A DNA stretch of 64,000 nucleotides from positions 62,001-126,000 of the forward strand of contig CAVNZM010000004.1 of assembly GCA_963693365.1 (NCBI GenBank), read 5' to 3'. The translations under genes and the position numbers were made by a program. This DNA is from Amoebidium appalachense (taxonomy: Eukaryota; Protista; Ichthyosporea). Below, piece by piece: positions 12,346 to 25,776 of the stretch (positions within the stretch are counted from its first letter, which is position 1; each line of letters begins with the position of its first letter). The notes under the pieces were generated by a model that did not search any database, was not told where the DNA came from, and saw only the letters and a list, made by a program, of their open reading frames with translations.

Positions 12346-15300
12346 ATGGACACCCCGTTGCTGCAGACGCAGAGGCCGTGCAGCCCCCTTGCCTGTGTGC
12401 TGTGCGACTCCCTGTGCCAGTTTATGAAGAAAAACACGGAGGTGCTGTCCCTGCCCGGCCTGACCAGGCCACAGGCCCAGCACCTGACGGCCGTGTGCAC
12501 CTACGCAAACAGGCAGCCACGCAACCCACCCTACCGCCTGTATGTGGTGGAGACAGAGGACGGTCTGGAGGTGTGGCGCCGCAAGCTGCTTACCGACCCA
12601 CCGCCCGGCCTGGGCCCCTTTAAGCTGCTGGTGCGGCACACAACAGCGTTCGGCCCGAAGAGGCGGCCCAAGTTACTGTATGGCCACCCTGGAGACACAC
12701 TGGGCACCCTGCTGGGCCGCATATATACGCGAGGGCTGCCGTTTGGGCACGTGGTCATCTACCCTCAGCTCGAGGTAGCCCCTACCTCCCTCCCACCCCA
12801 GTGTCTACAAAGCCCTGACAGCTAAAAGGCGTCTGTCTGTCGCCCTCACGTGGCCGTGGTGCTGCTCTGTGGCCCTGCTTGGGGGGGCTCTGACCGTGTA
12901 CTATGCTTTCACATAATGCTCTCTTGTTTATGGGAACCATCCCTGCACGTCACCACACGTAAGTTTGCAGGGGCACGTGCTGGCCAAGAGTCTCCCTATG
13001 CATCTGCCATCATCCTGCGTACAGTCAGCTAAGACTATATGCCTTACTCCCTTACCTCTGCGCCCCCCCCCCCCCCCCCCCCCCCCTCCCCGCCCAGTCC
13101 TCCTCCCCTACCTCCGTCCACTAACAGAATAACAACACCGATCACCCACACTAACCCTCATGCACGAACAAGCATACGTGCGCGCGCACACACACACATA
13201 CACACACGCACACACACACCTACACACACACACACACACTCACACACTTTAGCGCTCGTGCACGCAGGCACAAACCCACCCGCTTCTTAGACTTGCACTA
13301 CCACTAGTACGGCATTGTTGCACCGCTGCAGACACCCACTTTCTTCGTTTAAACATACACAGAACCACGCACACAGGCACAACAAACACGTTAACATACG
13401 CAGACATATGTGAGCCTAGACATGTGCACACACAGGATATTCATAGTCAGCACAAGCGCAAAGGGTTACCATGTGTACATGCACATGCATGTGCTGCGTG
13501 TCACTAACCCCACCAGTCATAGCAGACAAGGCACACCCTTGGACCCAACCCGCCTTGATGGGTGGGCCGGGCCTGGGACTACACGACCACACTTGATGCC
13601 GTGCGTCCACTGCTATCATTCCATTTGTCCACCTTACTTCTGGACGCAGCTGTAAGTGCGATGCCCAAACGTGAATGAACACCCGCTCACTCCCTGCCTC
13701 TACCCGCCTGCACTGGCACCTTCTGCTGTGACCTGTGGGGCCCAGACCTGCCTTGATGGGCAGGCACACAGTTTGGGCTGTGCACAATCACACCAACCCA
13801 CCCCCTTCCCCACACATGCACACACAGTCCACATACAACCCCTGACACGTGGTGCAGGCAGGGCAGGGGGTGCAAGGCAGCCTGCGGTGTGTGGAGATAC
13901 CTTTGGGCACGGGCCTGGACTGTGCGGCCATCCCCCCCGGCTGTGTGGTGGAGGTGAGCCGCAACGTGCACCTGCTGGTGGCGCTGCTGGCCCTGCAGCA
14001 CATGCAGCCCACCTGCCCGGCCCACGTGGCCGCCATCACAAAGGCCATTGTGGTCGACCCCCGCCCCCCCTTTGTGCCGTGGCGCTTCAACGACCACCAG
14101 GCCACCGTGGCCCGGCTGCGGGGCTACCTGCCCAGCCTGCTGAGGCCCGACCTGGATGCCATTGGCCCGGCCCTGGTGCTGGCGCTGCAGGCACTGCAGG
14201 ACCACCTGCAGCAGGCATGCAGGCCCTGGGACGTGCTGGGGGACTACCTGGCCCTCTATGCCGAGGACCACAGCAGGGCCGTGGCCACCGAGACCAGCAT
14301 GCTGCACAACCACAGGGCCCCCACAGCCCTGCCCCCCTCCCCTGCAACCCCCCACACCAGACAGGCCCTGGCCCACCCCCACAGCAGCAGCCCGGGGTGC
14401 TGGGACACGGAGCAGCGTAACAGGACACAGGGCAGTGCGGGCCTGCCTGCCCTGCAGAGGCAATCCCCCGACCAGCAGGCAGCCCCCACACCCCCCAGTG
14501 CCGCCATGGCAACCCCTGTGTTTGTGCGCCGGCCGACAGTGCCGCCAGCCAGCACCAGCCCAGACCAGGCGAGGCAGGTGCAGGCACCACCGTGTGACAG
14601 GGAGGGGGATGAGGGTGCCGTGTGGGCCATGGTGGCGGCAAGGACCTCGCTGCTGCGCCCTGCAGAGGCCACGGCACAGACCAAGCACAGTAAGCACAGG
14701 GCCAGCCTGGCACTGCTGGCCCGGCTTGCTGCAGACAGGGAGAGAAGGGCACGGGCAGCAGTGGCAGCACGTGGTGGGTGCATGCAGGCAGGGGACGAGG
14801 TGCATGAGGGCATGGTGGGGCTGCAGGCGCTGCACGGGGGCATGGGCCTGGTGCTGCTGGGCCTGGCTCACCACGTGGCCGGCATGGGCCAGCAGGCAAC
14901 ATTGCACACCCTGGCTGCCCTGGCTGCCCTGCACTGTGCCCCCACCAGGGACCACCAGGCCGCAGTGGCCGGGGCAGTAGCACACCTAGAGCTAGGCCAC
15001 ATGGCCGTGGTCAGGGAGGGCACACTGCACGTGGTGGATGAAGGAATGGCAGATGCATGCCGAAGGGTGCTAGAAGCCAACCCCTACCACGTGGCCGTGC
15101 TGGGGCTGTGGGCAGTAGGGCCAGATGGTGTGCGGGTGGTGGCCAGCAGGAGGGCCCAGCCTCAGTTGGCCACTGTGGCTGCAAGCCTCACAGCACTGGG
15201 CCTGACGGCAGGCACGGGGGACATAGGCACGGCACTGTATGGCATCTTTAAGGGGGCCTGCAAGGTGGCAACGTACATCAGCATGCCCATAAAAGGAAAT

Positions 15301-15800
15301 GCAATGGCCACATGGCAGCCTGTCCTCGACAACAAGGTGAGCCCCCTCCTCTTCCTCTTCTCTGCCCCCTCTAGAATGATCATCACCACCACCACCACCA
15401 CTTCCATCATACCATCACCACTACAACTACCATCACCACCACACCACCGCAGTAGCAGCAGACACATTAACATTCAACCAAATGGTGCACATGGGGCTAA
15501 CCGTGCTGATGCTGGGCAGGGCAAGGAGGGGCGGCAGCTGGGGCTTGTGCTGGCTGGGCAGGAGGGTCTTGTGGGGCCAGATGGCTGGCTGGAGGCAGGG
15601 CAGGTGAAGGAGTACCGGCAGCTGGCTGTTGGCTGTGTGGGTGCTGGCTGGCTGCCACTGGTGGTGGACACACCCAGCGACCACGTGGCCATCATCTATC
15701 TGACCGCAAAGCTGCTGGCCCGCCATGCAACGTATGTCACATATCCCCCCCGACCCCCCCCCTTCTCACCTCCCCCCCCTATACCCCCCCACCTCCCCCC

Positions 15801-15831
<31 letters not shown>

Positions 15832-16534
15832 CCTCCCCCCCCTCATCCTACTTCCGGCGGGACTACACACACACGCACGAGCACGCATGCACATTGGCAC
15901 ACAGACCTACACAGAGAGAGGTAGGGGCTCGCACACACCCACACAACCCAGTGCCTGTACAGAGAATATTAGGCCGTGGCTCTTTGGGGTAAGGAAAGGT
16001 GCAGCACATGGCTGTTCAAGTGTGCGCATGTGGCTTCATACGTTGCTTGGCTGGTAGGTGCCCATGGGGGTGCATTGGGTGCGTGTCGTGCACATGTGTC
16101 TCTTGGGTGGGCACTATATTGCTGGTACATGCATGTGCCTAGGCCTGACCTTTGCACGAGCGTCTGTGCCATTCTGGCCTGTGCATGTGACTGTGTCTGT
16201 GCCATTCTGGCCTGTGCATGTGACTGTGTCTGTGCCATTCTGACGTGTGGCTCCTTGCAGCATGCCCTTAGTGGCCGCATGCCAGCACACCGACAGTCTG
16301 GTGCTCGACTGGCCCCATGTGCTGCAGCTGCTGGGGAGGGGGGAAGATGCCCTGCTGGCCCTGTGCAGGGGTAGGCAGCGGGTCGGGCTGCTGGTCAGGC
16401 CGGGCCAGGAGGTGTGTGGGCTCACGGATCGGCTGGCGCGTAACTACGTGCAGCTGCTGGTGGCCGTGGGCACAGGCAGCCTGCTGGTGGTTGGGGCAGA
16501 TAGGGACTGGCTGGAAAGGGTGTGTGCACAGTGA
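12346..16534 (+). CDS. Hypothetical protein, at least 4 exons (12346-12774, ~13858-15336, 15520-15731, 16261-16534), no recognised domain
   Basis: GC3-rich codon usage like the neighbouring gene; long open frames bounded by GT/AG; the exon 3-4 splice phase joins in frame (AC|C-ATG-CCC); stop TGA at 16534. Confidence 0.7.
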
Positions 16535-17801
16535 AGGGGTGACGTCGGTCAGGGGGAGGGAGGGGCGGGAGGTGGGGGGGGGGGGGGGGGGGGGGGGGAG
16601 GGGGGGGGGGGAAGGGGGGGGGGGAGGGGGGGGGGGAGGAGGAGGGGGAGGGGAGAGGGATGGGCAGGGGAGGATTGATGTGATGTAACAGGGAGGGGGC
16701 TAGGTGTGACGTGGCAGGGGGGAGGCTACTTAGATGTGACGTAGCTTATTTAGGGGGATGCCAAGAGTGGGGGTGGTAAGTAATAATATGTATTGCGTCG
16801 AAAACTAAGGTAGCATCAGAGGATACGATTGATTTCATGGCGCCTGGTGGCATCTTCTGGATGGCTGTGCCCCTGTTGCACTGGCAGGCAAGCCGGCAAC
16901 CAGCACACATGTTGGCCGTGTGCAGCAGAGCAGATGTGTGATCTCAGATACATGGCATATTTGATATCCCGTGTTTTGTTCTTGTGCCCATCCCCCTCCC
17001 CCCCCCCCCCTCCCCCCTCCCCCCTCCCCCTTTTCCCCCTCGTCTTCCCAACGCACACACCCACGCGCACACACACGTCACACACACACACACACACACA
17101 CACACCGTGATACACACGCACACACACACACACACAGCCGTGCGCGCCCATGCGCCCACGCACAACCACAGACACCTCCTTCCCCCGGTAACTCGTATTG
17201 TGCACTGGTACACAAGAGTCATTTTGGTGCACGTGGCGGCATGTGGGCACCCCTTCATCTAAGAAGTCCGTCTCTGTAACCCAGCCTCCCAGACCCGAAC
17301 CCAGCATTTTTGCCACAGATCCCATAATAGTATACACACCACTTAAGCACACACCGATCACCACCCCAAGGGCTACAACCACCACTGAACTCGAACTTTT
17401 TGCCTGGAGGTTCCAACCATGAACATTGTCAAGTGCATGTCTCATGGCAAAAGTCAAACTGCTCTCAGGTACATACCGGTAGCTCAAAACACACACACAA
17501 TGCCAACCACATGCCAATGACCCCCCCCCCTCCCCCCCCCCCCCCCCCCCCTCCGGGCTCCTTTCTTCTCACCCCCGAACAGACACAAAACACGCACACA
17601 AGACATGTACACGTATGAGGCACACACGTGTGCACGCACGCACGGCACGCGCACATGTACACTCACACAACACATATTCTCACAAGACACAAACCCGCAC
17701 ACACGCACACACGGACCGGACACACGTATGTACACACATAAAACTCTCTCACTCAATCTCTCCCCTTCTACCTCCCTGTTTCCCCTCCTTATCTCCCTCC
17801 C

Positions 17802-18552
17802 TGTCATCTTCCCATGATTCACGGCAAGACTTAGAAGTTGAGTTTTATATATGTTTATTAGTTTGTTGTAGTTTGTTTCCTTTTTCCCTTTTCCTTTCTT
17901 CCTTTCTCTCTTTCCTTTCTGTTTCCGTGTACACCGATATCTTAAATCTGTGTACATATCGAGATATTTAGCTCGCGCACACGTATTGTCGTTTGTGTCA
18001 ATATCTAAATATGTCGTCCAATCAGATCTCGTTGTATTTCCCAAATATAGTAACTTACATTCCTTTCCCATTCCTTTTTTCACGACGTAGCATTGTGCTA
18101 TGTTCTCCAACTATTAGGAATAATTATATTTAGACGTGTTATGTTAAGAACCGTTATAAATGTATGATGTGAACTAATAGTTACATAAGTGCCACGTTTC
18201 ATTTTGTTAAATGTTTCCGTAGTTTTATTAGAAGATTTCTTTTATTAGAGGATTGCATTTTATCTTCTATGTGTCGACAGACATTTCGATCGATATATTT
18301 TACACTCATAGTTTTCGTCTTTCTGATTGGAAAATAGAGTTTTCGTTCTTTTGATTGGTTTATCGATTTCACATTCCCAAGTATAAAAGGGACTTCATCT
18401 TGGAATAAATATCAAGCAGTCGTATTCGTTTCCTATGGTTCCAGTAATCATTCCACCTCTCCGGTTGTGTTTCTCCCCTGTGTCTCTGTGTTGTGTATAA
18501 CATAACACCCATCTGTGCTCTCTGCTTCTCCGTTTACCCACACAAAACAACA
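17802..18552 (+). repeat. Copia 5' LTR (751 bp)
   Basis: TGTCATC...AACAACA; near-identical to 56814-57571 (about 6 substitutions and one 7-bp indel by eye); TATAAAA near 18382. Confidence 0.96.
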
Positions 18553-18564
18553 GGTTATGGGCCC
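18553..18564 (+). promoter_or_regulatory. Copia primer-binding site GGTTATGGGCCC (anticodon-arm half of initiator tRNA-Met)
   Basis: Directly follows the 5' LTR; same type of PBS as Drosophila copia. Confidence 0.85.
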
Positions 18565-18627
18565 CTTTGCACGCTAACACACAATCTCGTTACAACCGCG
18601 AAATTCCTCCGTCTTACTGCTTCAACC

Positions 18628-19479
18628 ATGGCTGACAAACCGTCGTACATCAACCTTCCAATATGGAATCCGTCCGAGAAAAGAGATGAGAAACGTCTCA
18701 ATTATTTCGAGTGGGAGCCACTCTTCAACTTACGTACGACATCCTTGTGCTGGACGGGCTCGTCGAGGCAGGCACTCGGGTGAGGTATGCTGTGACGTTG
18801 GGGTAGTCTCGTAGTTCAAGCTCCTCGTAGGTGACTTGAATTTGGGTGACTCGGGCCTCCTTCTCTGCCACATACGCCATACGCAGGTTGTGGAAGACTT
18901 CTCCACCGTGAACACCGTCTTGCATCCGGCCGGAGTCGTAGAGCTCTCAGGCTGTCGGATGGACGGACTGGTTGAGGATCTGGTCGAGGACGTCGGAAGC
19001 TTTCTTGTAGGAGTCCTTGGTGCCGTAGCCTAGCCACTGGTTGGCTTCAGTGCCGTCAACCCATTGTGGCCTCTTGATAGCGTCAACGAATTTCTCGGCA
19101 ATGGTTGTTCTTATACTTCACCTCCGCAAGAACACCGCTCTGGTCTGCACCGACATTGAACGTCTGTGCTTCGACTACTGGATGAACAACAAGGCCTACC
19201 TGTCCTTCAACCAGCTCATCAGTGACATCCGAGGAGCTGAAATCCGTGCCGGCCTCATCGACGCAGGCACTGGTGCAACCGTCAACAACCGTCCTCTTCG
19301 AGCACTTCAGAGCAGAGTGCTTCCCCCCGGTGACCTCCGTAACCGTATCCCTCGACGTGAGCATGTAGTACACCTCACCGTTCCCCGTCCCGTTCCCGTG
19401 ATCCTCGTCCGTCCTCCAAGTCACCCGGCCCCCGTTCAACTTCCCCTTACCCCCGTGGTAACAGGGACAATCGTAACCG
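18628..19479 (+). pseudogene. Copia gag, N-terminal part, with stops and frameshifts
   Basis: ATG 18628 (MADKPSYINLP...) just after the PBS; the reading continues past the insert into a zinc knuckle at 23006. Confidence 0.65.
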
Positions 19480-22400
19480 TGTAAACAGTTGAACTAGTTG
19501 GGATAAGGCAGAGAACAACTGAATCAGAATAAAGACAGAGAACGGGTAGAAAGGCACACGCGGCCAAGTTGCTTTTACTATGGGCCGACTCAGTCTGTCT
19601 CAGACTTCACTGATGTGATCCCCGTACTGGGACGGCTTTGTTATATAGCCCCCAGGTTTCGGATCAAGGCCCAGGATTGCTTCATCCGCGGCCAGCGCGG
19701 GTGGCAACATGCCATTCGTGATTCTGGTGCGGTCCAAGCCAGTCAGACCTTCGTCCTATTTATGCAAACATCTTATTGGTTCACTTCGTTTATGTGGTAT
19801 GCAGCGGTAGAATCATACATGGTTCATTTCTTAGGTAAGATTGATTCCTATTGGTGTGGACATAATATTTATGTGATATTCATGACAAAGAACGAATTGT
19901 GTGCTAGTAGATCACATTCTTTAGTAAACATGTACAGTTCATGTGTACAGTTGTTTACACTCCCCCCCTTGTCGGGAGCCTGGTGGTGTCGTTAGGCAAG
20001 CAAACCACCAGGCTGAGAGGCGATAAACAACCTTCAGCGAGAATTCTTGTGCGCCGAGCTGCTGGGCAGAACAGAGCAAGGATGGTTGAATAGAGTTGTG
20101 CACGTCTATGAGCACTTCTTCGTTTGCCAAAACGTAAATTCATGCAGCATTCTTCTGTGCGTTCATTTTCGTGGCGAAGATTGTTGCAGTGTTCGTGCGA
20201 ATTGTTCGCTTCGTCTCTGTGCTTGGCTTTTTCTGTAGAAGTAATATTTTCCTTTTTGGGAATTTTTCCTTTTTAGGATACTCCCGCAGATTCGTTTTCA
20301 ATTGCGAGTAATTTGGTTGTGTGGATGAATGATCATACCAAGCATTCGATAATGAATATAACTCAAGCCTTAGGTCACTTCGTAGCTCAGGTAGTGGTGG
20401 ATAGCTTCAAGGCTTAGCCGCTGCTCCTTATCCCGGTTCTACCTTAAGACTGTAAGGCGAGTCGCCATGGCCAGAAAAGCCACTTCTTTCATGAACAAAT
20501 AGCACTTCTTTCCTTTCAGCTTTAACCCTGCATCATCGGAGCTGGGAAAAACAGAATAAAAATGCCCTTAGTGTTCTTCGTTGGGTGACATAAAGAAATC
20601 TATCAGCCCGTTAGAACCAGTAAAAACCCGATTCATAATTCATAAGAAGAGGGTAGGCAAAGCAAGCCTTCTTCAGAAAACACCTGCTTCCATTCGTGAG
20701 CAGTTTTCGTATCCCATGAGCCAGCGATTTTCGTTGAGCAGGGGGATTCCAGGCATAATACATTCTTCTGGAGGCTTGGCCTCAAAAGAAAAGTCGTCAC
20801 GGTCGCCCTTTCTTTTGTAAGCAACTTCGTGAGCGCGCTTCGTATCTTCATATCCTCCAGTGCAGGTCTGGATGGTGCCCCATCCTCTGCTTCTTTTGTA
20901 GGTGGCCCTACTGTTGGTTCTGTTCGTTGTGTGGAAAACCAAAACCATTCGTGTTCGTGGAACTGCTTTGTGCTGTGCTTTCTTTCGTGTTGGTGTTCAT
21001 GGAGTTACCCAATTCACACACTTACTACTTTCATACATCAGACGTAAGTAGCTGCCTGGGGAGTGTGTGGTTCGTGTTCGTGGCATTCTTCTGTTCCTTC
21101 GTGAGAAGAATATTCGTTTTAGCAGAGGTGCCCAATAAGGCAGCTTGTGGGGTTGTCTCCCGCATGTGCCCATTGGTGGGGTATGCACGTGCTAAATTGT
21201 TACAGTGTCATCATATTGCAAGGGAATAACATGGTCACCTCCGTACCAGGGCCTAGGTACACATGATGGTCCGATGTGTTAGTCAACAACACCTTGCATT
21301 CGTATTCGTATTCGTCTTCCTCGTCACTTTCTTCAGTAGTGAAGGAGGGTATTCGTAATTCGAAACTGAAAGGCTTCCAGCCAAAATACTGACACTGTAT
21401 GCTGGGGTTGTGAGGGAACGGTGCCCATACCACATTCTTTTGTTTTCTTTATTCTGGTGGGGGTGTGCCGGCAGCAATTTTATTTTGCATGCGGGTATTC
21501 CAGGCTTTACAGCATAGTTCGTATGTTATAGTATTTGTACAGTATTGCCACACACTGGCAGTTACCTGTAAATTCGTACCCCACAGCTTCGTTTGTTTCG
21601 CATGCACGAACAAAAGTTCTGCATCGACTTTATTACATGCCTTCTGTGCACCAAGAGTGCAAATTCGTTGGGGCATGGCACCAGGAAGGGCCATACATGA
21701 GGCATATGTTCGTAATGTGTTTACTAAGGCATGCCAGCATACGTTCATGCGCATGTTGTGCATCCTGTGCGCTAAACTATGGGGCATGCTGTATTCGACA
21801 ACAGCAAGAAATTCGAAGCATGCATGCAAAACTACTTTCACAGCACCTTATGTCCTACATGCTATAGGAACAGCGACTATCTTCTTCTTTAAATGCATTC
21901 GTGCTGAAAGTGGCCGTGCATCTGGCTTGCGAGTGTGGACGTGCATGCGGTGGCATGGACACGATGGCAGTGTGCAATAGCGCAATGCACGCAAGGGCAA
22001 CGGTTTTATTTTCTTCCTAACATAGAGGGGGCTGTGTGCATTGCAACCCAAGCAGTGTTGTGCATTCGTTCTTTCATTTTCGTATTTCCAATTCATTTTG
22101 CTTTCGTTTTTCGTTTTTTGTCGTTTGATAACTTCGTTACTTCGTTTTGTTTTCGTGTTGCATTCATTTCGTATTTCCTCTATGCATTCGTTTGTCGTTA
22201 ATTCTTTATTTCATTGTGTATTCGTGATGGTTCGTTTTTCGTTGGTTCATTGCTTCGTTAGCAATTCTTTATTCGTTTGTTCGTGTATTCGTTGTTTCGT
22301 TGTGTTTTCGTTTTTCTTCGCGTTTTTTATGTGTCGTAGTATAAGGAGATTTTCATGCTTTCAATTCTTTCCGTGTAGGTGGGCTGGCCACTTCAAACTT

Positions 22401-23000
22401 GTCGGTGTATATATTCTAAGCCGGAAAAGGAAAGATGTGCCTATCATCAGGGTAAAAAGGATTGTGATCGGCCATGGGAGATTCTTGAACTGATTGAAAG
22501 ATGTGATTGAAAGATGTGAGATTCGAAGGATGCGAGATTCTTGAACTGCGCGGTCGCCAATGTAAACAGTTGAACTAGTTGGGATAAGGCAGAGAACAAC
22601 TGAATCAGAATAAAGACAGAGAACGGGTAGAAAGGCACACGCGGCCAAGTTGCTTTTACTATGGGCCGACTCAGTCTGTCTCAGACTTCACTGATGTGAT
22701 CCCCGTACTGGGACGGCTTTGTTATATAGCGGCCAGCGCGGGTGGCAACATGCCATTCGTGATTCTGGTGCGGTCCAAGCCAGTCAGACCTTCGTCCTAT
22801 TTATGCAAACATCTTATTGGTTCACTTCGTTTATGTGGTATGCAGCGGTAGAATCATACATGGTTCATTTCTTAGGTAAGATTGATTCCTATTGGTGTGG
22901 ACATAATATTTATGTGATATTCATGACAAAGAACGAATTGTGTGCTAGTAGATCACATTCTTTAGTAAACATGTACAGTTCATGTGTACAGTTGTTTACA
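19480..23000 (-). mobile_element. Non-autonomous Ty3/gypsy-derived LTR element inserted antisense in copia gag
   Basis: LTRs 19480-19959 and 22561-23000 (TGTAAACA...TGTTTACA), apparently identical except for a 40-bp deletion; TSD AACCG (19475-19479 and 23001-23005); minus-strand PBS TGGCGACCG (~22551-22559) and [14 protein letters not shown] (19960-19970); no long ORF. Confidence 0.93.
20465..20600 (-). pseudogene. Degenerate gypsy reverse-transcriptase remnant
   Basis: Minus strand reads SPNEEH*GHFYSVFPSSDDAGLKLKGKKCYLFMKEVAFLA, resembling the gypsy RT motif EEHL..L..VF.RL..AGLKL...KC.F...EV.FLGH. Confidence 0.75.
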
Positions 23001-23005
23001 AACCG

Positions 23006-23227
23006 ACAGCACAACAACAAGAGAGTGGAGTGTTCCTACTGCCTTGAACCCCACCACATCACATCATGCCCGGAGCCTGGCTGTGCTGTTGCTCGTCGTG
23101 CCAAGCAGGAGAAAGACAACAAGAGTGTGCAATTTGCACTCATCTCCTCCACCGGCACACCACACCGTGACGACCCCATCTGGGACAGTGCTTGTAATGC
23201 ACACATCTGCCCCATCAAGGAGTATTT
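23006..23227 (+). pseudogene. Copia gag zinc knuckle and protease active site
   Basis: CSYCLEPHHITSC followed by IWDSACNAHICP (copia DSG/A..H motif). Confidence 0.85.
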
Positions 23228-23626
23228 TGTTGGAGTGCAGACTTACGCTCACTCCACAATATGTGTATGTTAGCTTTACAATTGGTTCCACGGTGTACAC
23301 AGACACACGCTGACACTCGATCACCACATGCACATCTGCATAGTTGAGGAATGTTGCCAATTGTGTTTTGACTGCAAACGATTGGTTCACTGGTCCCAGA
23401 GATCTCTAAATTAAAGTAACTTACCAATCCGATTAGCGCCTGGCATCCGGATTACATTCCAGACTGCTGCCCCACGGGTATATAAGCCACGTCTCTGCCA
23501 GGTGCAGACATGGAGTTCAGTCATGGAGTTCAGTCATGGAGTTAACACACTGAAAGCAGTAAAAAAATGGGTCAGCGCCCAAGCGCGCCACGACGACCCT
23601 AGTCACAGCGGACTCTACTTCCAACA
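23228..23626 (+). mobile_element. Solo-LTR-like insert, copy 1 (399 bp)
   Basis: TGTTGGA...TCCAACA termini; TSD TATTT on both sides; TATAA near 23480; homologous to 25777-26260. Confidence 0.88.
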
Positions 23627-23788
23627 TATTTCTCCTCCCTTACCCCGTGTCCCCCCACCCCCATTCACGGCCTTGGCACCGTCAATGCCACACAACGTGG
23701 CATCATCAACCTGACACTGCACTACAACGGCAACTCAACCCCGTGCAGCATCAATGCTCTCTACGTACCCGAGTCACCGTCCTTCCTC

Positions 23789-25408
23789 GTGTCTGCCTCC
23801 ATGGCCTCAACTGCCGGCCTCCTTGGACATTGTGACGATGCAGACACTCACCCGTCGTTCCTCTACAGCCGTAATGGTGACATTATTTCCGATCTCACCC
23901 CCCTCAACGGTCTCTACTACATCACTGACTATGTGATTGACACTCCTCAACACCCGTGGGTCCAAGCCTACACAGCAAGGACTCAACCAACCGACGACCT
24001 CACCCTTTGGCACAACCGTCTCGGCCACCGTGCCCTCTCCACCGTCACCAGAATGGCCAAGGATGAGCTTGTCATCGGCATGCCCCCCTCCCTCAAGTCA
24101 CCCGACCACAGTGACTGCTTCGGCTGCATGTCTGGCAAGACCACCAAGGCTCCATTTCCCGGCACCCGTTCCCGTTTCACCATCCCCGGTGCTAAGTGGC
24201 ACCTGCCGGACTTCTTCGAAGCTCCCTGTGCTTCCTACGGAGGCTACAAGGTTGCTCTGGTGTGTGTTTGTGATGCCACCGGTTACACCACCGTGTTCCC
24301 CCTCTACAACCGTGCTGAAACCCTCAGCTACATTCAGTCTCTCGTTGAAACCATTGAACGTCAGACACCTGAGATCGTCACCCATCTTCGGTTTGACTCC
24401 GGCTCCGAGTTCACATCCAAGGACACCGAAGCCTACTGCAGGCAGAAAGGCATCATCATGGAGTTTGCCCCCGTCGACACACCACAGCACAACGGTGTTG
24501 TTGAACGGAAGATGAGAGACCTTCAAGAGACAGTCCGTTGCTTCCTCCATGCCGACAAGGACCAACCTCTCTCTCCCAAGTTGTGGGTTGCTGCTCTCAA
24601 GCATGCTGGCTACATCATCAAAGTCACACCGTCATCTGCTGCCAACGGCAAAACCCCCTTCGAGGCCTTCAACGGCTTCAAACCCGACGTCTCCCAGCTC
24701 CACGTGTTCGGCTCCCCTGCCTATATGCATGTTCCCCGATCCAAGAGGAACAAGCTTGCATCAACCGTCAGAGTCGGCACCTACGTCGGCTGGGATCTGC
24801 CCTCCAAGGCACACAAGATCCTCGACCATGCCAGCCACCAAGTCAAGATCTGCCGTGATGTGATCTTTGACGAGTCAAAATTCACGAGCAGCACCAATCA
24901 GGTCCCCGATCCCCCCAAACCCGATCTGCCGACATTGGACCCCCCCTCCGACGACAACGATGAAACTCCGTCTGTGGTCATCTCCCAACCGTCCTGGCAC
25001 AACCAACCAGCCCCGGTTGAACCCGTACCTCCCCCGAGCCCCCCCCCCCCAACTGGCCAACAACCCTTGCTGCCGGCCCCCCCCGTTGCTGTGCATCAAC
25101 CCAGCTACATGACTCCCGTTCGTCCTGGGTCCCCCACCTTCCACTCGGCCTCGAGCAGCCCTGTGGACACCGATGCCCCCCTCACCACCGGTCCTATTCC
25201 TGGCTTCCATGCCCCTGTCCCAGCCTACAACACCTCCCCGGCCTCCACCCCCCTCAAGGACCCCCCCAAGCCGAACCTTCGTCGGTCTGCACGTCTCACC
25301 AAGCCTCCAACGGCACTGGTCAGCATCACAGCACCGACCATCAACATTGACCAACTCCCCAGGGCATTCAAAAGCTTTGCAGCGGTCCCAACGGTGATGC
25401 CGTCATAG
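23789..25408 (+). pseudogene. Copia integrase region (HHCC-like GAG-pre-integrase, DDE core, SH3-like C-terminus), ending at a premature stop
   Basis: LWHNRLGH...CFGC, RFDSGSEF, HNGVVERKMR, LHVFGSPAY, RDVIFDE. Confidence 0.95.
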
Positions 25409-25776
25409 CTGCCCTCACCTCCGAGTACCAAGCCTTCATCACCAAGGATGTCTTCACCGTCGTTGATCCCCCCTGATGCCAACATCATCAAGTTCAAGTG
25501 GATTGTGACTGAGAAAGTCCTCAACTCAGCCGGTGACACCAAGATCAAGGCTCGTGGTGTTGCAAAGGGCTTCACTCAAGTCTACGGTGTTGACTATGGT
25601 GACACCTCTTCCCCCGTGGTGATGTCCTCCTCCGTCCGTGCCCTCCTTGCCATCGGTGTGGACGGCAACCATGAGATTCATCAACTCGACGTATCCACAG
25701 CCTTCCTCAACAGTCCTCTTCAAGAAGACATCACATTGAGCCACCACCTGGCTTCATCACCCCCGGCAACGAGCAC

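Noticed and set aside
13687-14985. Long minus-strand ORFs (432 and 298 aa)
   Set aside because: Antisense shadows of the GC-rich plus-strand exon
16816-17517. 233-aa minus-strand ORF next to the copia 5' LTR
   Set aside because: No recognisable motif, it runs through microsatellite and poly-G sequence, and no splice support was found
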